Program-made: the position numbers and the translations under genes | Shown here: one piece after another, positions 10,801 through 25,800 of the stretch | Layout: each line of letters starts with the position of its first letter | Numbering within the stretch: the stretch's first letter is position 1 | The notes under the pieces: model-generated | The model's input: the letters and a program-made list of their open reading frames with translations, nothing else | What the model was told of the DNA's origin: nothing | The model's database searches: none | Assembly (NCBI RefSeq): GCF_009914755.1 | Contig: NC_060942.1 | Strand: one strand, 5' to 3' | DNA from: the human T2T-CHM13v2.0 reference genome, Homo sapiens | Length of the DNA: 64,000 nt

Positions 10801-13800
10801 GGACATTTGGAGCGCTTTCAGGCCTATGTTGGAAAAGGAAATATCTTCCCATAACAACTAGACAGAAGCATTCTCAGAAACTTATTTGAGATGTGTGTAC
10901 TCAACTAAGAGAATTGAACCACCGTTTTGAAGGAGCAGTTTTGAAACTCTCTTTTTCTGGAATCTGCAAGTGGATATTTGGCTAGCTTTGGGGATTTCGC
11001 TGGAAGCGGGAATACATATAAAAAGCACACAGCAGCGTTCTGAGAAACTGCTTTCTGATGTTTGCATTCAAGTCAAAAGTTGAACACTCCCTTTCATAGA
11101 GCAGTCTTGAAACACCCCTTTTGTAGTATCTGGAACTGGACTTTTGGAGCGATTTCAGGGCTAAGGTGAAAAAGGAAATATCTTCCCATAAAAACTGGAC
11201 AGAAGCATTCTCAGAAACTTGTTTATGCTGTATCTACTCAACTAACAAAGTTGAACCTTTCTTTTGATAGAGCAGTTTTGAAATGGTCTTTTTGTGGAAT
11301 CTGCAAGTGGCTATTTGGCTAGTTTTGAGGATTTCGTTGGAAGCGGGAATTCATACAAATTGCAGACTGCAGCGTTCTGAGAAACATCTTTGTGATGTTT
11401 GTATTCAGGACACAGAGTTGAACATTCCCTATCATAGAGCAGGTTGGAATCACTCCTTTTGTAGTATCTGGAAGTGGACATTTGGAGCGCTTTCAGGCCT
11501 ATTTTGGAAAGGGAAATATCTTCCCGTAACAACTATGCAGAAGCATTCTCAGAAACTTGTTTGTGATGTGTGCCCTCTACTGACAGAGTTGAACCTTTCT
11601 TTTCATAGAGCAGTTTTGAAACACTCTTTTTGTAGAATCTGCAAGAGGATATTTGCATAGCTTTGAGGATTTCGTGGGAAACGGGATTGTCTTCAGGTAA
11701 AATCTAGACAGAAGCATTCTCAGAAACTTCTTTGGGATGTTTGCATTCAAGTCACAGAGTAGAACATTCCCTTTGGTAGAGCAGGTTTGAAACACTCTTT
11801 TTGTAGTATCTGGAAGTGGACATTTGGAGCGCTTTCAGGCCCATGTTGGAAAGGGAAATATCTTCCCGTAACAACTAGGCAGAAGCATTCTCAGAAACTT
11901 ATTTGAGATGTGTGTACTCAACTAAGAGAATTGAACCACCGTTTTGAAGGAGCAGTTTTGAAACACTCTTTTTCTGGAATCTGCAAGAGTATATTTGCCT
12001 AGCCTTGAGGATTTCGTTGGAAACGGGATTGTCTTCAGAGAAAATCTAGACAGAAGCATTCTCAGAAACTTCTTTGGGATGCTTGCATTCCAGTCACAGA
12101 GTAGAACATTCCCTTTGGTAGAGCAGGTTTGAAACACTCTTTTTGTAGTATCTGGAAGTGGACATTTGGAGCGCTTTCAGGCCTACGTTGGAAAAGGAAA
12201 TATCTTCCCATAACAACTAGACAGAAGCATTCTCAGAAACTAGTTTCTGATGTGTGTCCTCAACTAACACAGTTGAACATTTCTTTAGACAGAACAGTTT
12301 TGAAACACTCTTTTTGTGGAATCTGCAAGTGGCTATTTGGCTAGATTTGAGGATTTCGTTGGAAACGGGATTACATATAAAAAGCAGTCAGCAGCATTCT
12401 CAGAAAGTTCTTTGTGATGATTGCATTCAAGTCACAGAATTGAACATTCCCTTTCACAGAGCAGGTTTGAAACACTCTTTTTGTAGTGTGTGTAAGTGGA
12501 CATTTGGAGCACTTACCGGCCTAAGGTGAAAAAGGAAATATCTTCCCATAAAAACTAGACAGAAGCATTCTCAGAAACTTACTCGTGATGTGTGTCCTCA
12601 ACTAAAGGAGTAGAACCTTTCTTTTCATAGAGAAGTTTTGAAACGCTCTTTTTGTGGAATCTGCAAGTGGATATTTGGCTAGTTTTGAGGATTTCGTTGG
12701 AAGCGGGAATTCATACAAATTGCAGACTGCAGCGTTCTGAGAAACATCTTTGTGATGTTTGTATTCAGGACACAGAGTTGAACATTCCCTATCATAGAGC
12801 AGGTTTGAATCACTCCTTTTGTAGTATCTGGAAGTGGACATTTGGAGCGCTTTCAGGCCTATGTTGGAAAAGGAAATATCTTCCCATAACAACTAGACAG
12901 AAGCATTCTCAGAAACTTATTTGAGATGTGTGTACTCAACTAAGAGAATTGAACCACCGTTTTGAAGGAGCAGTTTTGAAACTCTCTTTTTCTGGAATCT
13001 GCAAGTGGATATTTGGCTAGCTTTGGGGATTTCGCTGGAAGCGGGAATACATATAAAAAGCACACAGCAGCGTTCTGAGAAACTGCTTTCTGATGTTTGC
13101 ATTCAAGTCAAAAGTTGAACACTCCCTTTCATAGAGCAGTCTTGAAACACCCCTTTTGTAGTATCTGGAACTGGACTTTTGGAGCGATTTCAGGGCTAAG
13201 GTGAAAAAGGAAATATCTTCCCATAAAAACTGGACAGAAGCATTCTCAGAAACTTGTTTATGCTGTATCTACTCAACTAACAAAGTTGAACCTTTCTTTT
13301 GATAGAGCAGTTTTGAAATGGTCTTTTTGTGGAATCTGCAAGTGGCTATTTGGCTAGTTTTGAGGATTTCGTTGGAAGCGGGAATTCATACAAATTGCAG
13401 ACTGCAGCGTTCTGAGAAACATCTTTGTGATGTTTGTATTCAGGACACAGAGTTGAACATTCCCTATCATAGAGCAGGTTGGAATCACTCCTTTTGTAGT
13501 ATCTGGAAGTGGACATTTGGAGCGCTTTCAGGCCTATTTTGGAAAGGGAAATATCTTCCCGTAACAACTATGCAGAAGCATTCTCAGAAACTTGTTTGTG
13601 ATGTGTGCCCTCTACTGACAGAGTTGAACCTTTCTTTTCATAGAGCAGTTTTGAAACACTCTTTTTGTAGAATCTGCAAGAGGATATTTGCATAGCTTTG
13701 AGGATTTCGTGGGAAACGGGATTGTCTTCAGGTAAAATCTAGACAGAAGCATTCTCAGAAACTTCTTTGGGATGTTTGCATTCAAGTCACAGAGTAGAAC

Positions 13801-16800
13801 ATTCCCTTTGGTAGAGCAGGTTTGAAACACTCTTTTTGTAGTATCTGGAAGTGGACATTTGGAGCGCTTTCAGGCCCATGTTGGAAAGGGAAATATCTTC
13901 CCGTAACAACTAGGCAGAAGCATTCTCAGAAACTTATTTGAGATGTGTGTACTCAACTAAGAGAATTGAACCACCGTTTTGAAGGAGCAGTTTTGAAACA
14001 CTCTTTTTCTGGAATCTGCAAGAGTATATTTGCCTAGCCTTGAGGATTTCGTTGGAAACGGGATTGTCTTCAGAGAAAATCTAGACAGAAGCATTCTCAG
14101 AAACTTCTTTGGGATGCTTGCATTCCAGTCACAGAGTAGAACATTCCCTTTGGTAGAGCAGGTTTGAAACACTCTTTTTGTAGTATCTGGAAGTGGACAT
14201 TTGGAGCGCTTTCAGGCCTACGTTGGAAAAGGAAATATCTTCCCATAACAACTAGACAGAAGCATTCTCAGAAACTAGTTTCTGATGTGTGTCCTCAACT
14301 AACACAGTTGAACATTTCTTTAGACAGAACAGTTTTGAAACACTCTTTTTGTGGAATCTGCAAGTGGCTATTTGGCTAGATTTGAGGATTTCGTTGGAAA
14401 CGGGATTACATATAAAAAGCAGTCAGCAGCATTCTCAGAAAGTTCTTTGTGATGATTGCATTCAAGTCACAGAATTGAACATTCCCTTTCACAGAGCAGG
14501 TTTGAAACACTCTTTTTGTAGTGTGTGTAAGTGGACATTTGGAGCACTTACCGGCCTAAGGTGAAAAAGGAAATATCTTCCCATAAAAACTAGACAGAAG
14601 CATTCTCAGAAACTTACTCGTGATGTGTGTCCTCAACTAAAGGAGTAGAACCTTTCTTTTCATAGAGAAGTTTTGAAACGCTCTTTTTGTGGAATCTGCA
14701 AGTGGATATTTGGCTAGTTTTGAGGATTTCGTTGGAAGCGGGAATTCATACAAATTGCAGACTGCAGCGTTCTGAGAAACATCTTTGTGATGTTTGTATT
14801 CAGGACACAGAGTTGAACATTCCCTATCATAGAGCAGGTTTGAATCACTCCTTTTGTAGTATCTGGAAGTGGACATTTGGAGCGCTTTCAGGCCTATGTT
14901 GGAAAAGGAAATATCTTCCCATAACAACTAGACAGAAGCATTCTCAGAAACTTATTTGAGATGTGTGTACTCAACTAAGAGAATTGAACCACCGTTTTGA
15001 AGGAGCAGTTTTGAAACTCTCTTTTTCTGGAATCTGCAAGTGGATATTTGGCTAGCTTTGGGGATTTCGCTGGAAGCGGGAATACATATAAAAAGCACAC
15101 AGCAGCGTTCTGAGAAACTGCTTTCTGATGTTTGCATTCAAGTCAAAAGTTGAACACTCCCTTTCATAGAGCAGTCTTGAAACACCCCTTTTGTAGTATC
15201 TGGAACTGGACTTTTGGAGCGATTTCAGGGCTAAGGTGAAAAAGGAAATATCTTCCCATAAAAACTGGACAGAAGCATTCTCAGAAACTTGTTTATGCTG
15301 TATCTACTCAACTAACAAAGTTGAACCTTTCTTTTGATAGAGCAGTTTTGAAATGGTCTTTTTGTGGAATCTGCAAGTGGATATTTGGCTAGTTTTGAGG
15401 ATTTCGTTGGAAGCGGGAATTCATACAAATTGCAGACTGCAGCGTTCTGAGAAACATCTTTGTGATGTTTGTATTCAGGACACAGAGTTGAACATTCCCT
15501 ATCATAGAGCAGGTTGGAATCACTCCTTTTGTAGTATCTGGAAGTGGACATTTGGAGCGCTTTCAGGCCTATTTTGGAAAGGGAAATATCTTCCCGTAAC
15601 AACTATGCAGAAGCATTCTCAGAAACTTGTTTGTGATGTGTGCCCTCTACTGACAGAGTTGAACCTTTCTTTTCATAGAGCAGTTTTGAAACACTCTTTT
15701 TGTAGAATCTGCAAGAGGATATTTGCATAGCTTTGAGGATTTCGTGGGAAACGGGATTGTCTTCAGGTAAAATCTAGACAGAAGCATTCTCAGAAACTTC
15801 TTTGGGATGTTTGCATTCAAGTCACAGAGTAGAACATTCCCTTTGGTAGAGCAGGTTTGAAACACTCTTTTTGTAGTATCTGGAAGTGGACATTTGGAGC
15901 GCTTTCAGGCCCATGTTGGAAAGGGAAATATCTTCCCGTAACAACTAGGCAGAAGCATTCTCAGAAACTTATTTGAGATGTGTGTACTCAACTAAGAGAA
16001 TTGAACCACCGTTTTGAAGGAGCAGTTTTGAAACACTCTTTTTCTGGAATCTGCAAGAGTATATTTGCCTAGCCTTGAGGATTTCGTTGGAAACGGGATT
16101 GTCTTCAGAGAAAATCTAGACAGAAGCATTCTCAGAAACTTCTTTGGGATGTTTGCATTCAAGTCACAGAGTAGAACATTCCCTTTGGTAGAGCAGGTTT
16201 GAAACACTCTTTTTGTAGTATCTGGAAGTGGACATTTGGAGCGCTTTCAGGCCTACGTTGGAAAAGGAAATATCTTCCCATAACAACTAGACAGAAGCAT
16301 TCTCAGAAACTAGTTTCTGATGTGTGTCCTCAACTAACACAGTTGAACATTTCTTTAGACAGAACAGTTTTGAAACACTCTTTTTGTGGAATCTGCAAGT
16401 GGCTATTTGGCTAGATTTGAGGATTTCGTTGGAAACGGGATTACATATAAAAAGCCGTCAGCAGCATTCTCAGAAAGTTCTTTGTGATGATTGCATTCAA
16501 GTCACAGAATTGAACATTCCCTTTCACAGAGCAGGTTTGAAACACTCTTTTTGTAGTGTGTGTAAGTGGACATTTGGAGCACTTACCGGCCTAAGGTGAA
16601 AAAGGAAATATCTTCCCATAAAAACTAGACAGAAGCATTCTCAGAAACTTACTCGTGATGTGTGTCCTCAACTAAAGGAGTAGAACCTTTCTTTTCATAG
16701 AGAAGTTTTGAAACGCTCTTTTTGTGGAATCTGCAAGTGGATATTTGGCTAGTTTTGAGGATTTCGTTGGAAGCGGGAATTCATACAAATTGCAGACTGC

Positions 16801-19800
16801 AGCGTTCTGAGAAACATCTTTGTGATGTTTGTATTCAGGACACAGAGTTGAACATTCCCTATCATAGAGCAGGTTTGAATCACTCCTTTTGTAGTATCTG
16901 GAAGTGGACATTTGGAGCGCTTTCAGGCCTATGTTGGAAAAGGAAATATCTTCCCATAACAACTAGACAGAAGCATTCTCAGAAACTTATTTGAGATGTG
17001 TGTACTCAACTAAGAGAATTGAACCACCGTTTTGAAGGAGCAGTTTTGAAACTCTCTTTTTCTGGAATCTGCAAGTGGATATTTGGCTAGCTTTGGGGAT
17101 TTCGCTGGAAGCGGGAATACATATAAAAAGCACACAGCAGCGTTCTGAGAAACTGCTTTCTGATGTTTGCATTCAAGTCAAAAGTTGAACACTCCCTTTC
17201 ATAGAGCAGTCTTGAAACACCCCTTTTGTAGTATCTGGAACTGGACTTTTGGAGCGATTTCAGGGCTAAGGTGAAAAAGGAAATATCTTCCCATAAAAAC
17301 TGGACAGAAGCATTCTCAGAAACTTGTTTATGCTGTATCTACTCAACTAACAAAGTTGAACCTTTCTTTTGATAGAGCAGTTTTGAAATGGTCTTTTTGT
17401 GGAATCTGCAAGTGGATATTTGGCTAGTTTTGAGGATTTCGTTGGAAGCGGGAATTCATACAAATTGCAGACTGCAGCGTTCTGAGAAACATCTTTGTGA
17501 TGTTTGTATTCAGGACACAGAGTTGAACATTCCCTATCATAGAGCAGGTTGGAATCACTCCTTTTGTAGTATCTGGAAGTGGACATTTGGAGCGCTTTCA
17601 GGCCTATTTTGGAAAGGGAAATATCTTCCCGTAACAACTATGCAGAAGCATTCTCAGAAACTTGTTTGTGATGTGTGCCCTCTACTGACAGAGTTGAACC
17701 TTTCTTTTCATAGAGCAGTTTTGAAACACTCTTTTTGTAGAATCTGCAAGAGGATATTTGCATAGCTTTGAGGATTTCGTGGGAAACGGGATTGTCTTCA
17801 GGTAAAATCTAGACAGAAGCATTCTCAGAAACTTCTTTGGGATGTTTGCATTCAAGTCACAGAGTAGAACATTCCCTTTGGTAGAGCAGGTTTGAAACAC
17901 TCTTTTTGTAGTATCTGGAAGTGGACATTTGGAGCGCTTTCAGGCCCATGTTGGAAAGGGAAATATCTTCCCGTAACAACTAGGCAGAAGCATTCTCAGA
18001 AACTTATTTGAGATGTGTGTACTCAACTAAGAGAATTGAACCACCGTTTTGAAGGAGCAGTTTTGAAACACTCTTTTTCTGGAATCTGCAAGAGTATATT
18101 TGCCTAGCCTTGAGGATTTCGTTGGAAACGGGATTGTCTTCAGAGAAAATCTAGACAGAAGCATTCTCAGAAACTTCTTTGGGATGCTTGCATTCCAGTC
18201 ACAGAGTAGAACATTCCCTTTGGTAGAGCAGGTTTGAAACACTCTTTTTTTAGTATCTGGAAGTGGACATTTGGAGCGCTTTCAGGCCTACGTTGGAAAA
18301 GGAAATATCTTCCCATAACAACTAGACAGAAGCATTCTCAGAAACTAGTTTCTGATGTGTGTCCTCAACTAACACAGTTGAACATTTCTTTAGACAGAAC
18401 AGTTTTGAAACACTCTTTTTGTGGAATCTGCAAGTGGCTATTTGGCTAGATTTGAGGATTTCGTTGGAAACGGGATTACATATAAAAAGCAGTCAGCAGC
18501 ATTCTCAGAAAGTTCTTTGTGATGATTGCATTCAAGTCACAGAATTGAACATTCCCTTTCACAGAGCAGGTTTGAAACACTCTTTTTGTAGTGTGTGTAA
18601 GTGGACATTTGGAGCACTTACCGGCCTAAGGTGAAAAAGGAAATATCTTCCCATAAAAACTAGACAGAAGCATTCTCAGAAACTTACTCGTGATGTGTGT
18701 CCTCAACTAAAGGAGTAGAACCTTTCTTTTCATAGAGAAGTTTTGAAACGCTCTTTTTGTGGAATCTGCAAGTGGATATTTGGCTAGTTTTGAGGATTTC
18801 GTTGGAAGCGGGAATTCATACAAATTGCAGACTGCAGCGTTCTGAGAAACATCTTTGTGATGTTTGTATTCAGGACACAGAGTTGAACATTCCCTATCAT
18901 AGAGCAGGTTTGAATCACTCCTTTTGTAGTATCTGGAAGTGGACATTTGGAGCGCTTTCAGGCCTATGTTGGAAAAGGAAATATCTTCCCATAACAACTA
19001 GACAGAAGCATTCTCAGAAACTTATTTGAGATGTGTGTACTCAACTAAGAGAATTGAACCACCGTTTTGAAGGAGCAGTTTTGAAACTCTCTTTTTCTGG
19101 AATCTGCAAGTGGATATTTGGCTAGCTTTGGGGATTTCGCTGGAAGCGGGAATACATATAAAAAGCCCACAGCAGCGTTCTGAGAAACTGCTTTCTGATG
19201 TTTGCATTCAAGTCAAAAGTTGAACACTCCCTTTCATAGAGCAGTCTTGAAACACCCCTTTTGTAGTATCTGGAACTGGACTTTTGGAGCGATTTCAGGG
19301 CTAAGGTGAAAAAGGAAATATCTTCCCATAAAAACTGGACAGAAGCATTCTCAGAAACTTGTTTATGCTGTATCTACTCAACTAACAAAGTTGAACCTTT
19401 CTTTTGATAGAGCAGTTTTGAAATGGTCTTTTTGTGGAATCTGCAAGTGGATATTTGGCTAGTTTTGAGGATTTCGTTGGAAGCGGGAATTCATACAAAT
19501 TGCAGACTGCAGCGTTCTGAGAAACATCTTTGTGATGTTTGTATTCAGGACACAGAGTTGAACATTCCCTATCATAGAGCAGGTTGGAATCACTCCTTTT
19601 GTAGTATCTGGAAGTGGACATTTGGAGCGCTTTCAGGCCTATTTTGGAAAGGGAAATATCTTCCCGTAACAACTATGCAGAAGCATTCTCAGAAACTTGT
19701 TTGTGATGTGTGCCCTCTACTGACAGAGTTGAACCTTTCTTTTCATAGAGCAGTTTTGAAACACTCTTTTTGTAGAATCTGCAAGAGGATATTTGCATAG

Positions 19801-22800
19801 CTTTGAGGATTTCGTGGGAAACGGGATTGTCTTCAGGTAAAATCTAGACAGAAGCATTCTCAGAAACTTCTTTGGGATGTTTGCATTCAAGTCACAGAGT
19901 AGAACATTCCCTTTGGTAGAGCAGGTTTGAAACACTCTTTTTGTAGTATCTGGAAGTGGACATTTGGAGCGCTTTCAGGCCCATGTTGGAAAGGGAAATA
20001 TCTTCCCGTAACAACTAGGCAGAAGCATTCTCAGAAACTTATTTGAGATGTGTGTACTCAACTAAGAGAATTGAACCACCGTTTTGAAGGAGCAGTTTTG
20101 AAACACTCTTTTTCTGGAATCTGCAAGAGTATATTTGCCTAGCCTTGAGGATTTCGTTGGAAACGGGATTGTCTTCAGAGAAAATCTAGACAGAAGCATT
20201 CTCAGAAACTTCTTTGGGATGCTTGCATTCCAGTCACAGAGTAGAACATTCCCTTTGGTAGAGCAGGTTTGAAACACTCTTTTTTTAGTATCTGGAAGTG
20301 GACATTTGGAGCGCTTTCAGGCCTACGTTGGAAAAGGAAATATCTTCCCATAACAACTAGACAGAAGCATTCTCAGAAACTAGTTTCTGATGTGTGTCCT
20401 CAACTAACACAGTTGAACATTTCTTTAGACAGAACAGTTTTGAAACACTCTTTTTGTGGAATCTGCAAGTGGCTATTTGGCTAGATTTGAGGATTTCGTT
20501 GGAAACGGGATTACATATAAAAAGCAGTCAGCAGCATTCTCAGAAAGTTCTTTGTGATGATTGCATTCAAGTCACAGAATTGAACATTCCCTTTCACAGA
20601 GCAGGTTTGAAACACTCTTTTTGTAGTGTGTGTAAGTGGACATTTGGAGCACTTACCGGCCTAAGGTGAAAAAGGAAATATCTTCCCATAAAAACTAGAC
20701 AGAAGCATTCTCAGAAACTTACTCGTGATGTGTGTCCTCAACTAAAGGAGTAGAACCTTTCTTTTCATAGAGAAGTTTTGAAACGCTCTTTTTGTGGAAT
20801 CTGCAAGTGGATATTTGGCTAGTTTTGAGGATTTCGTTGGAAGCGGGAATTCATACAAATTGCAGACTGCAGCGTTCTGAGAAACATCTTTGTGATGTTT
20901 GTATTCAGGACACAGAGTTGAACATTCCCTATCATAGAGCAGGTTTGAATCACTCCTTTTGTAGTATCTGGAAGTGGACATTTGGAGCGCTTTCAGGCCT
21001 ATGTTGGAAAAGGAAATATCTTCCCATAACAACTAGACAGAAGCATTCTCAGAAACTTATTTGAGATGTGTGTACTCAACTAAGAGAATTGAACCACCGT
21101 TTTGAAGGAGCAGTTTTGAAACTCTCTTTTTCTGGAATCTGCAAGTGGATATTTGGCTAGCTTTGGGGATTTCGCTGGAAGCGGGAATACATATAAAAAG
21201 CCCACAGCAGCGTTCTGAGAAACTGCTTTCTGATGTTTGCATTCAAGTCAAAAGTTGAACACTCCCTTTCATAGAGCAGTCTTGAAACACCCCTTTTGTA
21301 GTATCTGGAACTGGACTTTTGGAGCGATTTCAGGGCTAAGGTGAAAAAGGAAATATCTTCCCATAAAAACTGGACAGAAGCATTCTCAGAAACTTGTTTA
21401 TGCTGTATCTACTCAACTAACAAAGTTGAACCTTTCTTTTGATAGAGCAGTTTTGAAATGGTCTTTTTGTGGAATCTGCAAGTGGATATTTGGCTAGTTT
21501 TGAGGATTTCGTTGGAAGCGGGAATTCATACAAATTGCAGACTGCAGCGTTCTGAGAAACATCTTTGTGATGTTTGTATTCAGGACACAGAGTTGAACAT
21601 TCCCTATCATAGAGCAGGTTGGAATCACTCCTTTTGTAGTATCTGGAAGTGGACATTTGGAGCGCTTTCAGGCCTATTTTGGAAAGGGAAATATCTTCCC
21701 GTAACAACTATGCAGAAGCATTCTCAGAAACTTGTTTGTGATGTGTGCCCTCTACTGACAGAGTTGAACCTTTCTTTTCATAGAGCAGTTTTGAAACACT
21801 CTTTTTGTAGAATCTGCAAGAGGATATTTGCATAGCTTTGAGGATTTCGTGGGAAACGGGATTGTCTTCAGGTAAAATCTAGACAGAAGCATTCTCAGAA
21901 ACTTCTTTGGGATGTTTGCATTCAAGTCACAGAGTAGAACATTCCCTTTGGTAGAGCAGGTTTGAAACACTCTTTTTGTAGTATCTGGAAGTGGACATTT
22001 GGAGCGCTTTCAGGCCCATGTTGGAAAGGGAAATATCTTCCCGTAACAACTAGGCAGAAGCATTCTCAGAAACTTATTTGAGATGTGTGTACTCAACTAA
22101 GAGAATTGAACCACCGTTTTGAAGGAGCAGTTTTGAAACACTCTTTTTCTGGAATCTGCAAGAGTATATTTGCCTAGCCTTGAGGATTTCGTTGGAAACG
22201 GGATTGTCTTCAGAGAAAATCTAGACAGAAGCATTCTCAGAAACTTCTTTGGGATGCTTGCATTCCAGTCACAGAGTAGAACATTCCCTTTGGTAGAGCA
22301 GGTTTGAAACACTCTTTTTGTAGTATCTGGAAGTGGACATTTGGAGCGCTTTCAGGCCTACGTTGGAAAAGGAAATATCTTCCCATAACAACTAGACAGA
22401 AGCATTCTCAGAAACTAGTTTCTGATGTGTGTCCTCAACTAACACAGTTGAACATTTCTTTAGACAGAACAGTTTTGAAACACTCTTTTTGTGGAATCTG
22501 CAAGTGGCTATTTGGCTAGATTTGAGGATTTCGTTGGAAACGGGATTACATATAAAAAGCAGTCAGCAGCATTCTCAGAAAGTTCTTTGTGATGATTGCA
22601 TTCAAGTCACAGAATTGAACATTCCGTTTCACAGAGCAGGTTTGAAACACTCTTTTTGTAGTGTGTGTAAGTGGACATTTGTAGCACTTACCGGCCTAAG
22701 GTGAAAAAGGAAATATCTTCCCATAAAAACTAGACAGAAGCATTCTCAGAAACTTACTCGTGATGTGTGTCCTCAACTAAAGGAGTAGAACCTTTCTTTT

Positions 22801-25800
22801 CATAGAGAAGTTTTGAAACGCTCTTTTTGTGGAATCTGCAAGTGGATATTTGGCTAGTTTTGAGGATTTCGTTGGAAGCGGGAATTCATACAAATTGCAG
22901 ACTGCAGCGTTCTGAGAAACATCTTTGTGATGTTTGTATTCAGGACACAGAGTTGAACATTCCCTATCATAGAGCAGGTTTGAATCACTCCTTTTGTAGT
23001 ATCTGGAAGTGGACATTTGGAGCGCTTTCAGGCCTATGTTGGAAAAGGAAATATCTTCCCATAACAACTAGACAGAAGCATTCTCAGAAACTTATTTGAG
23101 ATGTGTGTACTCAACTAAGAGAACTGAACCACCGTTTTGAAGGAGCAGTTTTGAAACTCTCTTTTTCTGGAATCTGCAAGTGGATATTTGGCTAGCTTTG
23201 GGGATTTCGCTGGAAGCGGGAATACATATAAAAAGCCCACAGCAGCGTTCTGAGAAACTGCTTTCTGATGTTTGCATTCAAGTCAAAAGTTGAACACTCC
23301 CTTTCATAGAGCAGTCTTGAAACACCCCTTTTGTAGTATCTGGAACTGGACTTTTGGAGCGATTTCAGGGCTAAGGTGAAAAAGGAAATATCTTCCCATA
23401 AAAACTGGACAGAAGCATTCTCAGAAACTTGTTTATGCTGTATCTACTCAACTAACAAAGTTGAACCTTTCTTTTGATAGAGCAGTTTTGAAATGGTCTT
23501 TTTGTGGAATCTGCAAGTGGATATTTGGCTAGTTTTGAGGATTTCGTTGGAAGCGGGAATTCATACAAATTGCAGACTGCAGCGTTCTGAGAAACATCTT
23601 TGTGATGTTTGTATTCAGGACACAGAGTTGAACATTCCCTATCATAGAGCAGGTTGGAATCACTCCTTTTGTAGTATCTGGAAGTGGACATTTGGAGCGC
23701 TTTCAGGCCTATTTTGGAAAGGGAAATATCTTCCCGTAACAACTATGCAGAAGCATTCTCAGAAACTTGTTTGTGATGTGTGCCCTCTACTGACAGAGTT
23801 GAACCTTTCTTTTCATAGAGCAGTTTTGAAACACTCTTTTTGTAGAATCTGCAAGAGGATATTTGCATAGCTTTGAGGATTTCGTGGGAAACGGGATTGT
23901 CTTCAGGTAAAATCTAGACAGAAGCATTCTCAGAAACTTCTTTGGGATGTTTGCATTCAAGTCACAGAGTAGAACATTCCCTTTGGTAGAGCAGGTTTGA
24001 AACACTCTTTTTGTAGTATCTGGAAGTGGACATTTGGAGCGCTTTCAGGCCCATGTTGGAAAGGGAAATATCTTCCCGTAACAACTAGGCAGAAGCATTC
24101 TCAGAAACTTATTTGAGATGTGTGTACTCAACTAAGAGAATTGAACCACCGTTTTGAAGGAGCAGTTTTGAAACACTCTTTTTCTGGAATCTGCAAGAGT
24201 ATATTTGCCTAGCCTTGAGGATTTCGTTGGAAACGGGATTGTCTTCAGAGAAAATCTAGACAGAAGCATTCTCAGAAACTTCTTTGGGATGCTTGCATTC
24301 CAGTCACAGAGTAGAACATTCCCTTTGGTAGAGCAGGTTTGAAACACTCTTTTTGTAGTATCTGGAAGTGGACATTTGGAGCGCTTTCAGGCCTACGTTG
24401 GAAAAGGAAATATCTTCCCATAACAACTAGACAGAAGCATTCTCAGAAACTAGTTTCTGATGTGTGTCCTCAACTAACACAGTTGAACATTTCTTTAGAC
24501 AGAACAGTTTTGAAACACTCTTTTTGTGGAATCTGCAAGTGGCTATTTGGCTAGATTTGAGGATTTCGTTGGAAACGGGATTACATATAAAAAGCAGTCA
24601 GCAGCATTCTCAGAAAGTTCTTTGTGATGATTGCATTCAAGTCACAGAATTGAACATTCCCTTTCACAGAGCAGGTTTGAAACACTCTTTTTGTAGTGTG
24701 TGTAAGTGGACATTTGGAGCACTTACCGGCCTAAGGTGAAAAAGGAAATATCTTCCCATAAAAACTAGACAGAAGCATTCTCAGAAACTTACTCGTGATG
24801 TGTGTCCTCAACTAAAGGAGTAGAACCTTTCTTTTCATAGAGAAGTTTTGAAACGCTCTTTTTGTGGAATCTGCAAGTGGATATTTGGCTAGTTTTGAGG
24901 ATTTCGTTGGAAGCGGGAATTCATACAAATTGCAGACTGCAGCGTTCTGAGAAACATCTTTGTGATGTTTGTATTCAGGACACAGAGTTGAACATTCCCT
25001 ATCATAGAGCAGGTTTGAATCACTCCTTTTGTAGTATCTGGAAGTGGACATTTGGAGCGCTTTCAGGCCTATGTTGGAAAAGGAAATATCTTCCCATAAC
25101 AACTAGACAGAAGCATTCTCAGAAACTTATTTGAGATGTGTGTACTCAACTAAGAGAATTGAACCACCGTTTTGAAGGAGCAGTTTTGAAACTCTCTTTT
25201 TCTGGAATCTGCAAGTGGATATTTGGCTAGCTTTGGGGATTTCGCTGGAAGCGGGAATACATATAAAAAGCCCACAGCAGCGTTCTGAGAAACTGCTTTC
25301 TGATGTTTGCATTCAAGTCAAAAGTTGAACACTCCCTTTCATAGAGCAGTCTTGAAACACCCCTTTTGTAGTATCTGGAACTGGACTTTTGGAGCGATTT
25401 CAGGGCTAAGGTGAAAAAGGAAATATCTTCCCATAAAAACTGGACAGAAGCATTCTCAGAAACTTGTTTATGCTGTATCTACTCAACTAACAAAGTTGAA
25501 CCTTTCTTTTGATAGAGCAGTTTTGAAATGGTCTTTTTGTGGAATCTGCAAGTGGATATTTGGCTAGTTTTGAGGATTTCGTTGGAAGCGGGAATTCATA
25601 CAAATTGCAGACTGCAGCGTTCTGAGAAACATCTTTGTGATGTTTGTATTCAGGACACAGAGTTGAACATTCCCTATCATAGAGCAGGTTGGAATCACTC
25701 CTTTTGTAGTATCTGGAAGTGGACATTTGGAGCGCTTTCAGGCCTATTTTGGAAAGGGAAATATCTTCCCGTAACAACTATGCAGAAGCATTCTCAGAAA

